A stretch of 63,804 nucleotides of DNA, the filler included, from Perkinsus chesapeaki ATCC PRA-425 (Eukaryota; Protista; Perkinsozoa), in assembly GCA_013115145.1 (NCBI GenBank). It is 6 parts of 6 records of this genome, joined end to end, with 100 filler letters (N's around TTAATTAATTAA, not from the genome) between each part and the next. Parts side by side here need not be neighbours in the genome. Positions count along the whole stretch, not along the records: positions 19,283 to 42,621 come from JAAPAO010000563.1; 5 more parts are not named here. The stretch is one strand, 5' to 3'. A model generated the notes under the pieces. It searched no databases, was not told where the DNA came from, and saw only the letters and a program-made list of their open reading frames with translations. Both the position numbers and the translations under genes were made by a program. Shown here in pieces: positions 23,310-33,433 of this stretch; position 1 is the first letter of the stretch; each line of letters begins with the position of its first letter.

Positions 23310-26161
23310 ATGGATAGTGAATCAAGGTAATACAGTATTTGATATACTATTTTAATAATATGGTAATAAATGTAATGTTATTATAATAATACACAATACT
23401 CGATAATATAATTTTACATATAGTAGGATTGTATCCGAGATAAGAGCGATAAATAATTATTATAGTACTCAGGTCCCGATCACCTAACAACACTGATGGT
23501 CTATCTATTATTAGAGTAGACTCTTCAGAGGCAGGTTTAGTATTGGGTAGAGGGGGAGCTACTAAAAGGAAAATAGAGAATGCTGCTGATGTTGATATAG
23601 AACTAGTTACTACTGGTAATTCTATTTTACGGTTTTTCTATCAGAAAATGTTATTTTTAGAGGAAGGCGATAGTAATATCGAATTAAGAGGCCCCGAGAC
23701 TAATAGAGACCTTGGTAGAGACTATATATGTTTCTTGTTACTTAATAGAAAAGGCGAGCCTTTGGATATCGACTTTAATGAGAGAGATGATTGTAGTTGG
23801 ATCGATGTAATATTATTAAAGGGATATAATATATTATGGTGTAATATATCGATTTAAGTGTTATCACTAGAATCAACTAGAGTATTTTGTTAAACTGAAA
23901 TCGTGGCTCAGCAGAGGTTCCATAGCGATTTTAAGTATCGATTCTGGGTCAATTTAATGACGTATTTAGCTACATTCAATTAGCAGTATATTTTTCACGG
24001 TGTTAGTAAACTATTGAAAATTAATAATTATTATATAGAAATTATAGTTGGTGGTTGCTGCTGCATTTAGGTACCTCAAGATACAATAGGGTATATTACT
24101 GGTAGAGAGAGATCAACATTAAATAGTATGGAGGAAGAGACTGACACTTTAATGTTCTTTATGGGTAATAAAAAGGATAATAGAAAGTATACCAAACAGC
24201 TCACTACACTCGAAAAGGACTCCCCGGCACATTAAAGCTCCACGGAAACCAGCTCCGGAGCTAGTCTGCATGACAAACTATGCATTGATGGATATTACTG
24301 TAGATAAAGGAAGGGTAACTGATGATGAATCTTCAAAACATGATGTGGAGAAGTTGGTCATATTTGGCCCAGCTAGAGGAAGGAGAATAGCACATTTAAA
24401 GGTAATATAGGAGGCATATTAGACTTTAATATTATTAGTAATATAAAGGGGATAATAGACTTTAATACTGTTAGTAATATAAAGGGGATATTAGACTTTA
24501 ATATTATTAGTAATATAAAGGGGATATTAGACTTTAATATTATTAGTAATATAAAGGGGATATTAGACTTTAATATTAATTGTTGTAAGGTATTCAAACA
24601 AGGGGAGTATATTATATTCACCGCACCTTCAAGTCCGGCGGCGATTCTATGATTTATTTTCTGTTTTTATTGTAGTTAATGTCGGCAATCGAGACTAAGG
24701 CGTCTGGATTCTTCTTGGACCATAAGGATAGATGGAACCTCGATAATACACAAGATGGCAAATTGGGAATAACACATGTTAAAATGTAATAATAGGGACC
24801 ATGTTAATTTATACATGAATACATCTTAATCAGGACTGAAGGACAATTTAAATATGCATTGGGTAGAAGGGGAACTACTAGAAGGAAGCTTGAAAGAGCG
24901 AGTGGGGCTATAATAGAGTAATACTACTACCACCACGACGACGCGGGTTGAAGGATTTAGTATATCAATTCAACTTTATTTAGTATGTACATCTTATTAG
25001 TTCGAAGGAAAGGTAGGGTATCGAAACATAGCCAGAACAACAGCAGTAACTGTTGACATTAACAAGTGGTGTTGGTTAATTGTTGTTGGTGGTGATGGAC
25101 AATTAACCATCATCATCATCATCAGTGTGGCACTACCAGAACTACTCCTTAGAGTGAATACGTAGAGGGTGTTGAATGTTGTTGTTGTTGTTGTTGGTTG
25201 GGTGTCATATAAGGTTATGTAGTGTTATAATAACAGGTATATTGGTTATATAGCATTTATCAGTGGTACTAAAGAAGAGAGGAGGAGGGGTAGAGATTAT
25301 ATTAATTATTTATTAGATCAAAGAGAAGGTGAAGTAATAATGGGACCATACAGCAACTTTCGACTGGCCTTTTATGGATACTTCTTTCCTGTCGCACAAA
25401 TTGTCTATATTGTATCCATTCGGTGGAGTACTTGTTGTTTTTTTGAGACTGAATGCGTATATTCTCAGACCCATATTGATAATATTAATGATAGAGGTGA
25501 TGTTAGTATAATAAAATGTCCAGAGGAGTATATTGGATATATAACAGGACATAGGGGAAGTGAATTACGGTAATAATGGGTCACTTGAGACTGATACCGG
25601 TTTACTATTTGGTGACACTATATCGGGAATTCTCGACATTGCAAATCGATCACGTGATCGATTTAGATATCATAGTTATCATTTTCAGATCTATTGAAGA
25701 GCGAACAGGTACATTCTGCTTCATGTATGATGAAGGCGGTGATGATGATAGAGGTAGTTGGGGTGTGTTATTTTTAATATTATATTTTAGGTTGGTGGCG
25801 TAGATCGGGAAGACAAGAACAAGAACAACAAGAATCAAGGGGGTGAGTAGCGTTATAATTGGTATAGGTTAATATAATATATAAATTATTATATTAATAA
25901 TACGTAATATGTATTAATTACTACCGAATGCATTGTACCATTTTAAATTTAATACCATGTAATAGTTCAACCACCACCTTATACACGTGGTCTCGACGCA
26001 TATTCCTACGTTATATTAATATTAATCTATCTTTTTCAGTAGGCACCATCATTCCTCATTACGTTTATTGATATTCTCCTTTGACCCTTTAAGAAGAGAT
26101 GATGCTGAGGAGATGGTACGTGATAGGATTGAGAGTAGAATAAGAGATGATATTAATAAAG
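23310..26161 (+). CDS. Four-KH-domain RNA-binding protein, multi-exon; 3' end unresolved
   Basis: MDSESR|SRSP...VDSSEAGLVLGRGGATKRKIENAA (KH1); RDDCSWID|VPQDTIGYITGRERSTLNSMEEE (KH2); YALGRRGTTRRKLERASGAIIE (KH3); DRGDVSIIKCPEEYIGYITGHRGSELR|SIEERTGTFCFM (KH4). Confidence 0.8.
24402..24577. repeat. 36-bp intronic minisatellite, ~5 copies
   Basis: AGACTTTAAT at 24421, 24457, 24493, 24529 and 24565; unit ATATTAGACTTTAATATTATTAGTAATATAAAGGGG. Confidence 0.95.
25643..25664. repeat. 22-bp perfect palindrome with CACGTG core (copy 1)
   Basis: AAATCGATCACGTGATCGATTT. Confidence 0.9.
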
Positions 26162-26559
26162 GTAACAGGAGGTGGCGGGTAGACGCAGAAAAGTTACGGC
26201 GGTCGACGATTGTATGGAGAGTTGTTTTTGGCAAACGAGAAAATGAGGCTGAATTGGAGGAGCCAAACCAATACGTTGATGATTTATATTTAAAAGTCGC
26301 CTTACTATGGTATTATGTATTTATTGAGCAATCAGCTAACCTTAATGGCATTAGGGCCATAAACTGAACTGAATGACATAAGTGTTGGGAAAATGTTATT
26401 AGATAGTAACTTGTTTAATAGGCAATTTATATAAATGATTAGTTGGATAATTACATGTAACTTTGGTATTGAATTTCACATGATTACACTCACCAAATGT
26501 TGGATTGGAAATTGTCTATGATATTGATAGTGCAGTTGATAATTTAATATAGGTATTCC

Positions 26560-28572
26560 TGTACCGATTGGGTTTGATAACAAACATAGTAATGAAGAGA
26601 TAGAAAATAAAAGGAAGGACAAATGGGGTGATAGACCAGCAGAAGGGAAGTTACCACAGGAAGATGAAGGTGAATAGGTTTTGGGTGATGCTTGGTGGTG
26701 GTGGCAAGCTAATGGTGTATGGAGGAGATGATGATGCTTCATCAAAGTTGCTAGTAGTGTTTTTGTTGTTGTGGCGGTGGTGATATGTAGTCCACCGCCG
26801 CTCTTAGTCATTTGACTTTAAATTGTTGCGGTATATCTCGAGCATATATCATATAGGTTGGAGGCTGTATAATATTGTACATAGCGGGGAGATATATCTA
26901 TAGTAGTCAGTATAGATATGTTAGTAATAACAATTTATTAACAATAATATTCATGGATAATTTGTCTTGTTGTTGTTATCTTAAAGGTATTAATGTACTA
27001 TTGTATGGATGGAGTTTGATATTATAATTAATACGTTATTATTGACGATTATTTATCATTATAGTATTATTAGATACCAAGAAGGCATCATCACCACGTT
27101 CAGTGACACCTGTTAATAATAGGTAATGTCAATAAGATATATAAAGTAACATTGTTAATATAGGGAGGATAGTAGGAAGAGATCAAGGTCCGAGGATGAT
27201 GATGATGAAGAAGAAGAACGGTATGACAGTATCTTATGGTAGGGATATTCATTATTCTATAGCAGGTCAAAAACAACAACAACAGCACATGGTGGACCAT
27301 CATCAAGGGAAAGAAGGTAACAAAATGAAATCGATTACCTGATCGATTTGGTTGTTTAATGTAGGCGTCATCATACACCACCATCTCCTCATGATGACAG
27401 GAGTGGATCCAGAAGGTGGTGAGGCCCTTTGGGTTCGTTCCGTGTTCGTATCCGGTGTTATGTAATTCCTCCTCCCGTATCGTCTAGCAATAATCATCTA
27501 TTGTTATATAGCCTTGAAGGATTATATAAAAAGGTTGTTTGCCTATTAATTATTACAGTTGTACCTAATATGAGAATTTAGTATTATATAAATGATTATA
27601 TAGTTCTAATTAACCAATTATGTGAGGGGGGATGTACCTCTTTAAATTGCAAAGCACGTAGAAGAAGAATAAGGTATAATAAAGTTGAGTGTGAGTAAGA
27701 TGCCGAAGGGATAGATGTCTGTGGTAATGGGGAGAAACTACTTATACTGTTTATTGTGAAGTATTACGAGGTTTCTACTATTTGCTTTATTTTCTCAGTT
27801 CCATTGATAGCGAATCTTCAGATCTTGGTATAAATGATAAAAGGTAAGGTTGTTATGTTAATAAATTACTGGATGATGCATCTGTACTTCAGTCATTCCA
27901 AGACAAGGAGCCTTTCAAAGGAGTCTATCGAAGAAGATGGAGAAAAAGAGCGGTATGATAATCACGATGAGTTGCTTAAATTTCCACCTTTCCGCAGAGA
28001 TCATCATCATCATCATCGGTATTCAAGAAGTAACCGAAGATCTCGAAGTCAACATAGTAGTAGTGGGAGGAGGTAGGTTAATATTGGTCTATTACGGAGA
28101 TTAATGTCATACTAGATGCACCAAATCACTGTGAAACTTCCAGAGCAAGGAAAGTCAGTTCGTCAGGTCAGCTTTGGAAGTGAAGATGAAACTCGAATAG
28201 CACTCAGTGACGTTGACAATTTCATCGTTGTGACATATGATTAATTTATTTAGTCTTGCGACTTTATTATTTTTGCTTTTGTAACCAAATATCTTTTCTG
28301 CCTCTGTCGAGTAAACTTGACAGGACTTTTGGGTAGTAGGTTCCGAGTAGAATGAGTTGCCTACTGTTGATGGTGTTAGTGTAGGTCCTCGAGGAGGAGG
28401 AGGAGTCGATCAAGGTCCGATAGCTATCGCAGTAGGTCTACGTAAGGCGGTATCTAAATCGATCACGTGATCGATTATGTAATACTTTAGGTATTCTTCT
28501 AGGTCGCCATCAAGACGTCATCATCATCATCATCATCATTATCGCAGTGATGAGAGTAGTCGAGATCAATAA
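26560..28572 (+). CDS. Arg/Ser/His-rich low-complexity exons, possibly the C-terminal tail of the KH protein
   Basis: GT-AG-bounded blocks: GGPSSRERR|RHHTPPSPHDDRSGSRR, RRDHHHHHRYSRSNRRSRSQHSSSGR, RSSRRRRSRSRSDSYRSRS and RYSSRSPSRRHHHHHHHYRSDESSRDQ* (28572). Confidence 0.4.
28457..28476. repeat. 20-bp perfect palindrome with CACGTG core (copy 2)
   Basis: AATCGATCACGTGATCGATT; flank TATCTA makes it an inverted 26-bp match to copy 1. Confidence 0.9.
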
Positions 28573-29048
28573 TTTACGGTTTCTCTATCAAAATATACAT
28601 CACCATCAATTGGTGGTGAAAACTGCAAATGACATTACCAGTTGTTCCTATAATTATTATTATATCTTTTGTTAAGTAAAGTAGTCAGTAAAATGGCGGA
28701 TGGTGATGATGCTGGCATAGATGCATCGAACTCAATATCTCGGCGAAGAAACCTCCCGTTGGGTTCTTGTTGTATCGAACAGTCATCAGAGTTGATTCGG
28801 AATACAAATAACTCAATATTATCCACGTGATGTAAGCTCGATTAAGTTAAGTTAATGTAGTTGTTGTTGTTGTTTAGTTTATTACTATGTGCGAATATAG
28901 TGTCCATGCTGTGTCCTTTGCTCTGCATTTCCATTATTGTGCACCTTGAGGCCGGCGGTAGTGTTTATACTGTCGCTCGCCTTTGAGCGCCATTAAAGTC
29001 ATTTCCGACGAGACGATTGTCGTTGTTGTTATTGTTGTTGGTATCAAT

Positions 29049-29717
29049 ATGATGTTACTAATATCTATACTATTACAAGGTTTAAGAGTGTTGGGATCAC
29101 TTGAGATCGAGGCAAGTGATGTGAGTTATAGGATATCCTTGTCAACTGATAAGTTAATAAACCACCCTATTAAACAATTGGGTAATTCAGCTGTCTATGT
29201 TGCTGTTAAAGGGAAGGTAACGATATGTAAGATTGAGATGAATTATTATAATTAACTTTGATCAGGAGGTTATTGGCAGTATCGAGTTTGGTTTGGTCAC
29301 AAGAATCGAGCAGCTTGGTGAATGGGTTTATATTGATAACTTACAAGTTGTTGCGGGATATAGAAACCAAGGGATAGGGGAAGGAATGCTTTATAACTTC
29401 CTATTATTTGTATCATACATTTCTATGTATTAAATAATGTTAATTATAGGTTAAGAGTAGCCGTCCGGATATCGTCGGTGCATATCTTATAGCAAGCCGT
29501 GATAATGAAGCAGCTAAGAGGTTGTACAAAAGTGTGGGGTTTGTCAATAAAGGTAAGATAATATATTTTAATAATGAATTAGCACTTGCATTTTGTAGGT
29601 AAGATATTTGCTACAGACGGCTACATTTATGAGTATCCAAAGGGAGTTAAGTTACCTTATACAACTAGCAATTATGTTGAGCTATATCTGACCTCCATGC
29701 TTAAAAACAAAGAATAA
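29049..29717 (+). CDS. GNAT-family N-acetyltransferase with predicted signal peptide, 4 exons
   Basis: MMLLISILLQGLRVLGS...AVKGK|EVIGSIEFG...YIDNLQVVAGYRNQGIGEGML (motif A)...|...DNEAAKRLYKSVGF (motif B)|GKIF...KNKE*. Confidence 0.8.
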
Positions 29718-29937
29718 TAACAATGCTGTTGCTGATGAAAATGATAAGTAGAGACGAGTTGTAGTGGAAATAAATTAACACTTTTAACCAATACACTTCT
29801 GGTTTCTTGAACCGAGTCTCGTCAACCATCACTAATAGCAGACGTAAGGTTTATAAAATAGTCTGCAAATCTTAAATCACTCGAGTGGCAACGTTGTCTT
29901 GTGAGCAGATTTGATTAGAATGGTAGTTGATAGTAGG

Positions 29938-31218
29938 ATGGCTAAAGGGCCTGTATCATTCCTTAAGGATGTTGATGCTTGTTATACTGAATCACCATTA
30001 CAATTAGATGCACTTGCTGAAGAATATAATTGTAATTTGGAAAGAATAAGAAAGAAGGCTCTAGTAATACTAATAAATATCTAACTACAAGTGGATAATA
30101 AAGTCTGTTAGGTGATGGTTATGGGTAATCACTCTTCCGGTAAATCAACATTCATCAATTGGTTCGTTGATGCTGCCATCCAAAAGGTTGGTGCTGCCCT
30201 CGAGACCACAGGCTTTACTATAGTGACCGCTGGTAGCCAAACAGGTCGAGAACTAAACGGTGAATCTACACTCTTACTTCGTCCACATCTACAAACACTC
30301 GTCGAACGTGATCCAAGAATAATGTCTCATTTGGCGACGAAGACAGTTGAGCCTTCAGAGACGGTAGCGCCGTTCTTATCGATGTTGGATATTATTGACA
30401 CTCCTGGTCTGGCAGACGGAGGCCTTGAATATCCTTATGATGTTGTTAACGCTATTGAGTTCTTCGGTAAAGAAGCTGATTTGATATTGGTGTTTCTGGA
30501 TCCGCTCGGCCAAGCATTGTGCAACCTTACGTGTGAGGTGGTTTGTGAGCTATTTAGAAAGTATCCATCTAAAATGAAATTTTGTCTCACTAAAGTGGAT
30601 ACAGTACCGACAGATCAAGATTTATTAAAGGTATCAAATCAGGTTACACAATCACTCACATCTCGACTTGGTGTAATACACGCTTTTGATCTGATGCCTA
30701 TTTACATTGGTGATTCGAAGTCATCGAGAGTTAACAGACTAGATGAGGTATCTCTTGCCGTAAAGCAATGTGTTGAATGGCGCGTTCAAGCCTCCTTAAG
30801 TGTCCTTCAAAGTGATTGCTCTCTGGTCGAATCCGCCATTCGATCTACATTGGACGATGACGACTTGGCTCGCAAGAAGAACAGGCAGTTGTCGATTAAC
30901 GTTAACCGGCTCTACAGGACTGCCGTTATCCTTTCAACTATAACTGCGGCAGTCTTCGCTCTCGCTATGCCCAATATTCACTCTGGCCACTTTCTGGTTC
31001 CTCGAGGTCCCCTATTGGACGCTGCGTGTGCTGTTACACTGTTGGTTAGCCTTTTGGTGGCCATAGTCGCATCGGTTGTGTGGAGACGTTACCGTGTACC
31101 AAGTCTGACTGATGAGGATAGATTGAGAGTTGAAGGCGAATTAAAGAGAGTCGCTGAGGATATACCGAAACGACAGAAAGAACTGCATGTTCAGTATCTG
31201 GCTTGTGTTGGTTCTTAG
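29938..31218 (+). CDS. EHD/dynamin-related P-loop GTPase with two C-terminal TM segments; exons 29938-30063 and 30112-31218
   Basis: G1 GNHSSGKS, G2 ETT, G3 DTPG, G4 TKVD; an upstream exon MAKGPVSF...RKKAL splices in frame; hydrophobic stretches TAVILSTITAAVFALAM and AVTLLVSLLVAIVASVVW. Confidence 0.85.
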
Positions 31219-31315
31219 TTGAATGATACTCTTTGTAACACGTTATATTTGATACGCACTTTGTTGGGTTTAACAGTTACTAGTCGAACGCCAAGACAGC
31301 TTGAGAAGGGAAGTC

Positions 31316-31951
31316 TTATAGATCGGCAACAATCATGAGGATGGATTTACGCAACGATGATATATAATTAGGAGAGATGTCATTCAAACACAGATTGTCA
31401 CCGTAAAGGAAGGCCTCGAGGAATCGCTCAGCGAACGCTAGTACGTACACACCACAGTCGCTGGAGTTTGTTTGTTTACTGCATTCTCCATCTTTAATAC
31501 AGCAATCGTTACCGGTTATCTTCTTGCTGACACCTCTAGCTGCAAGAGGTACACTCTTCCCCATTGCCGAGTCGTAGTAAACAAACCTCCATGGTTGTAG
31601 GGTTGTCAAGCGAGATAGGACTAATAAAGACCAATGAGAACCACCACAAGAGACACTTGGATCGCTGTTGTCATTTAACGGTATTATCAAGCAACGTCTT
31701 TGAGATAAGTTGAGGCCGTCTAATAGTTGGTCCAAGTCTTCCGGATCATCCTCGAATTGTATCGCAAATACCAATGAGGGATCCATTAGAATAACATCCT
31801 TCCATTTTGGATGATTACGATATTTATTTGTCAATATAATATCGAAGTAATAAAGAATACACATATCATTGAGCCATTGTCCGTCCTCGAATAGCTTTAT
31901 ATCATCAGCAATGAGCCTACCATTAGGCCATGTTACGATGGAATCAGTCAT
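31316..31951 (-). CDS. SENP8: Ulp1/C48 cysteine protease, SENP8/NEDP1 (deneddylase)-like
   Basis: WLND, PLND, GSHWSLLV (His), YDS (Asp), QTNSSDCGVYV (Gln/Cys); 211 aa, catalytic domain only. Confidence 0.85.
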   Translation of the reverse strand: MTDSIVTWPNGRLIADDIKLFEDGQWLNDMCILYYFDIILTNKYRNHPKWKDVILMDPSLVFAIQFEDDPEDLDQLLDGLNLSQRRCLIIPLNDNSDPSVSCGGSHWSLLVLSRLTTLQPWRFVYYDSAMGKSVPLAARGVSKKITGNDCCIKDGECSKQTNSSDCGVYVLAFAERFLEAFLYGDNLCLNDISPNYISSLRKSILMIVADL

Positions 31952-32061
31952 TTAACAATGCCGTTAATGATAGAATACTACTTACTAACACAAAGCCATC
32001 TGCTGGATGAAGGATAATATCCGAATTGTCTTGTGAAATGGTAACGTAGTATAATACAAAT

Positions 32062-33261
32062 TTAGACATACATAGGTAAGCTGGCATGGTGATTGTTATT
32101 ATCATCAATCAATGAGTCGTAATGTATTTCAAATGATGAATCTTGTGGTAAATCAGCATAAAGATTATCAGATAGTTTATCATCTGCACTAGATTTGAGC
32201 CCCATATGTTGGACTAATGATGGGTACGTCCGAAGAATCTTTCCCTCCTGCTTAGCCCAGTCGTATTGTGAGAAGTCAAGATCATATTCTCCTTCTTCAG
32301 TCTGTGGCCCCTTATAAATTTCTCGTTGCAGATAATCTTTAATAGATTTCACTCGATTCTGTGGATATGCAGTTGCTACAGTACTCGCCTTTACATCAGT
32401 CTCTATTAAACTCACAGGCGCTCTAAGGCCAATATAACGGAGCTTCAGCAATTGTTGCTTTGTGATGAGCAATATTAGGATAATAAGAAGGCCGCTAATA
32501 ACAGATGCCACCGTCAAGGCACGGAAGCGACCTTGACTGCGATAGCGGGTAAAGAATAAAGTGATGATTGTAGTAGAGAATACGAAAAATATAATGAAAT
32601 AAGGAATATCACCAACCTCATATCCAGACCAATGATCAGACACGAACAACTTAACCATGGCAGTATCAGGAGGGGCCTTACTAACATATTTATGGAACTT
32701 AGTTAGGAAATGATCCGTTAGCATGGCATCGTTCTCAAATATAATACACCAACTTGTTGATGATATGTTTTCATATTTCAAGCACTCGTTTAATCCTTTA
32801 ACATGATCAATGTAAAGCTGTTTTCTCCAAGAATCATAATCCTGTATTATAATAGGATCCAAATCGATAACATCAACATATGGCGAGTTACGCGCTTCCA
32901 TGGGTATGTCAGTATCACCTCTATTAAGTATATGTAACACTGGCATTGGCTCCTCCTTATTGAGAGCAAGATATGACCAAAGGAACGTCTTAATATAAGG
33001 CTCCTGTCTTGGAGTCGTTAATACCACCAAAGTTGGAGAGGGCTGGAAGTAAGCATCGGCCTCTTGCATAAATTTATTGTGTTCCACACGTTTAACTTTA
33101 CCGTGAGGGTCTAGTGGGGAATACGGCCAAGGATTGATGATAGCATAGATGAGTAATATAACAAGGAGGATGAAGATCGATAGTAGGAGACAAAGACGTG
33201 AAGGGCCAAGCAGGCGGGCATTGTTATATTCGGACCGGACCGCCTTATAGAACCGTTTCAT
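32062..33261 (-). CDS. PGAP4/TMEM246-like three-TM glycosyltransferase (GT-A)
   Basis: N-terminal TM, CIIFENDA, VKLFVSDHWSGY, two internal TMs inserted in the catalytic fold, and PSLVQHMG near the C-terminus. Confidence 0.6.
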   Translation of the reverse strand: MKRFYKAVRSEYNNARLLGPSRLCLLLSIFILLVILLIYAIINPWPYSPLDPHGKVKRVEHNKFMQEADAYFQPSPTLVVLTTPRQEPYIKTFLWSYLALNKEEPMPVLHILNRGDTDIPMEARNSPYVDVIDLDPIIIQDYDSWRKQLYIDHVKGLNECLKYENISSTSWCIIFENDAMLTDHFLTKFHKYVSKAPPDTAMVKLFVSDHWSGYEVGDIPYFIIFFVFSTTIITLFFTRYRSQGRFRALTVASVISGLLIILILLITKQQLLKLRYIGLRAPVSLIETDVKASTVATAYPQNRVKSIKDYLQREIYKGPQTEEGEYDLDFSQYDWAKQEGKILRTYPSLVQHMGLKSSADDKLSDNLYADLPQDSSFEIHYDSLIDDNNNHHASLPMYV

Positions 33262-33311
33262 TACAACTGCTCAAGTGAGAATGACAAGAATGGTAAAAAA
33301 CACAATATCAT

Positions 33312-33363
33312 TCAAGATGAGATACTCTCAGATCGGTTGTCACTATTAGGAGGCATGTTACAG

Positions 33364-33433
<70 letters not shown>

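Noticed and set aside
27300-27500. Minus-strand reading TIREEELHNTGYEHGTNPKGL as an ATG18/WIPI-like exon
   Set aside because: Only the NPKGL word matches, flanking exons give no beta-propeller, and plus-strand splice signals fit an RS-rich gene better.
28635-28960. Small minus-strand gene
   Set aside because: A spliceable frame exists but has no in-frame start and no recognisable domain.
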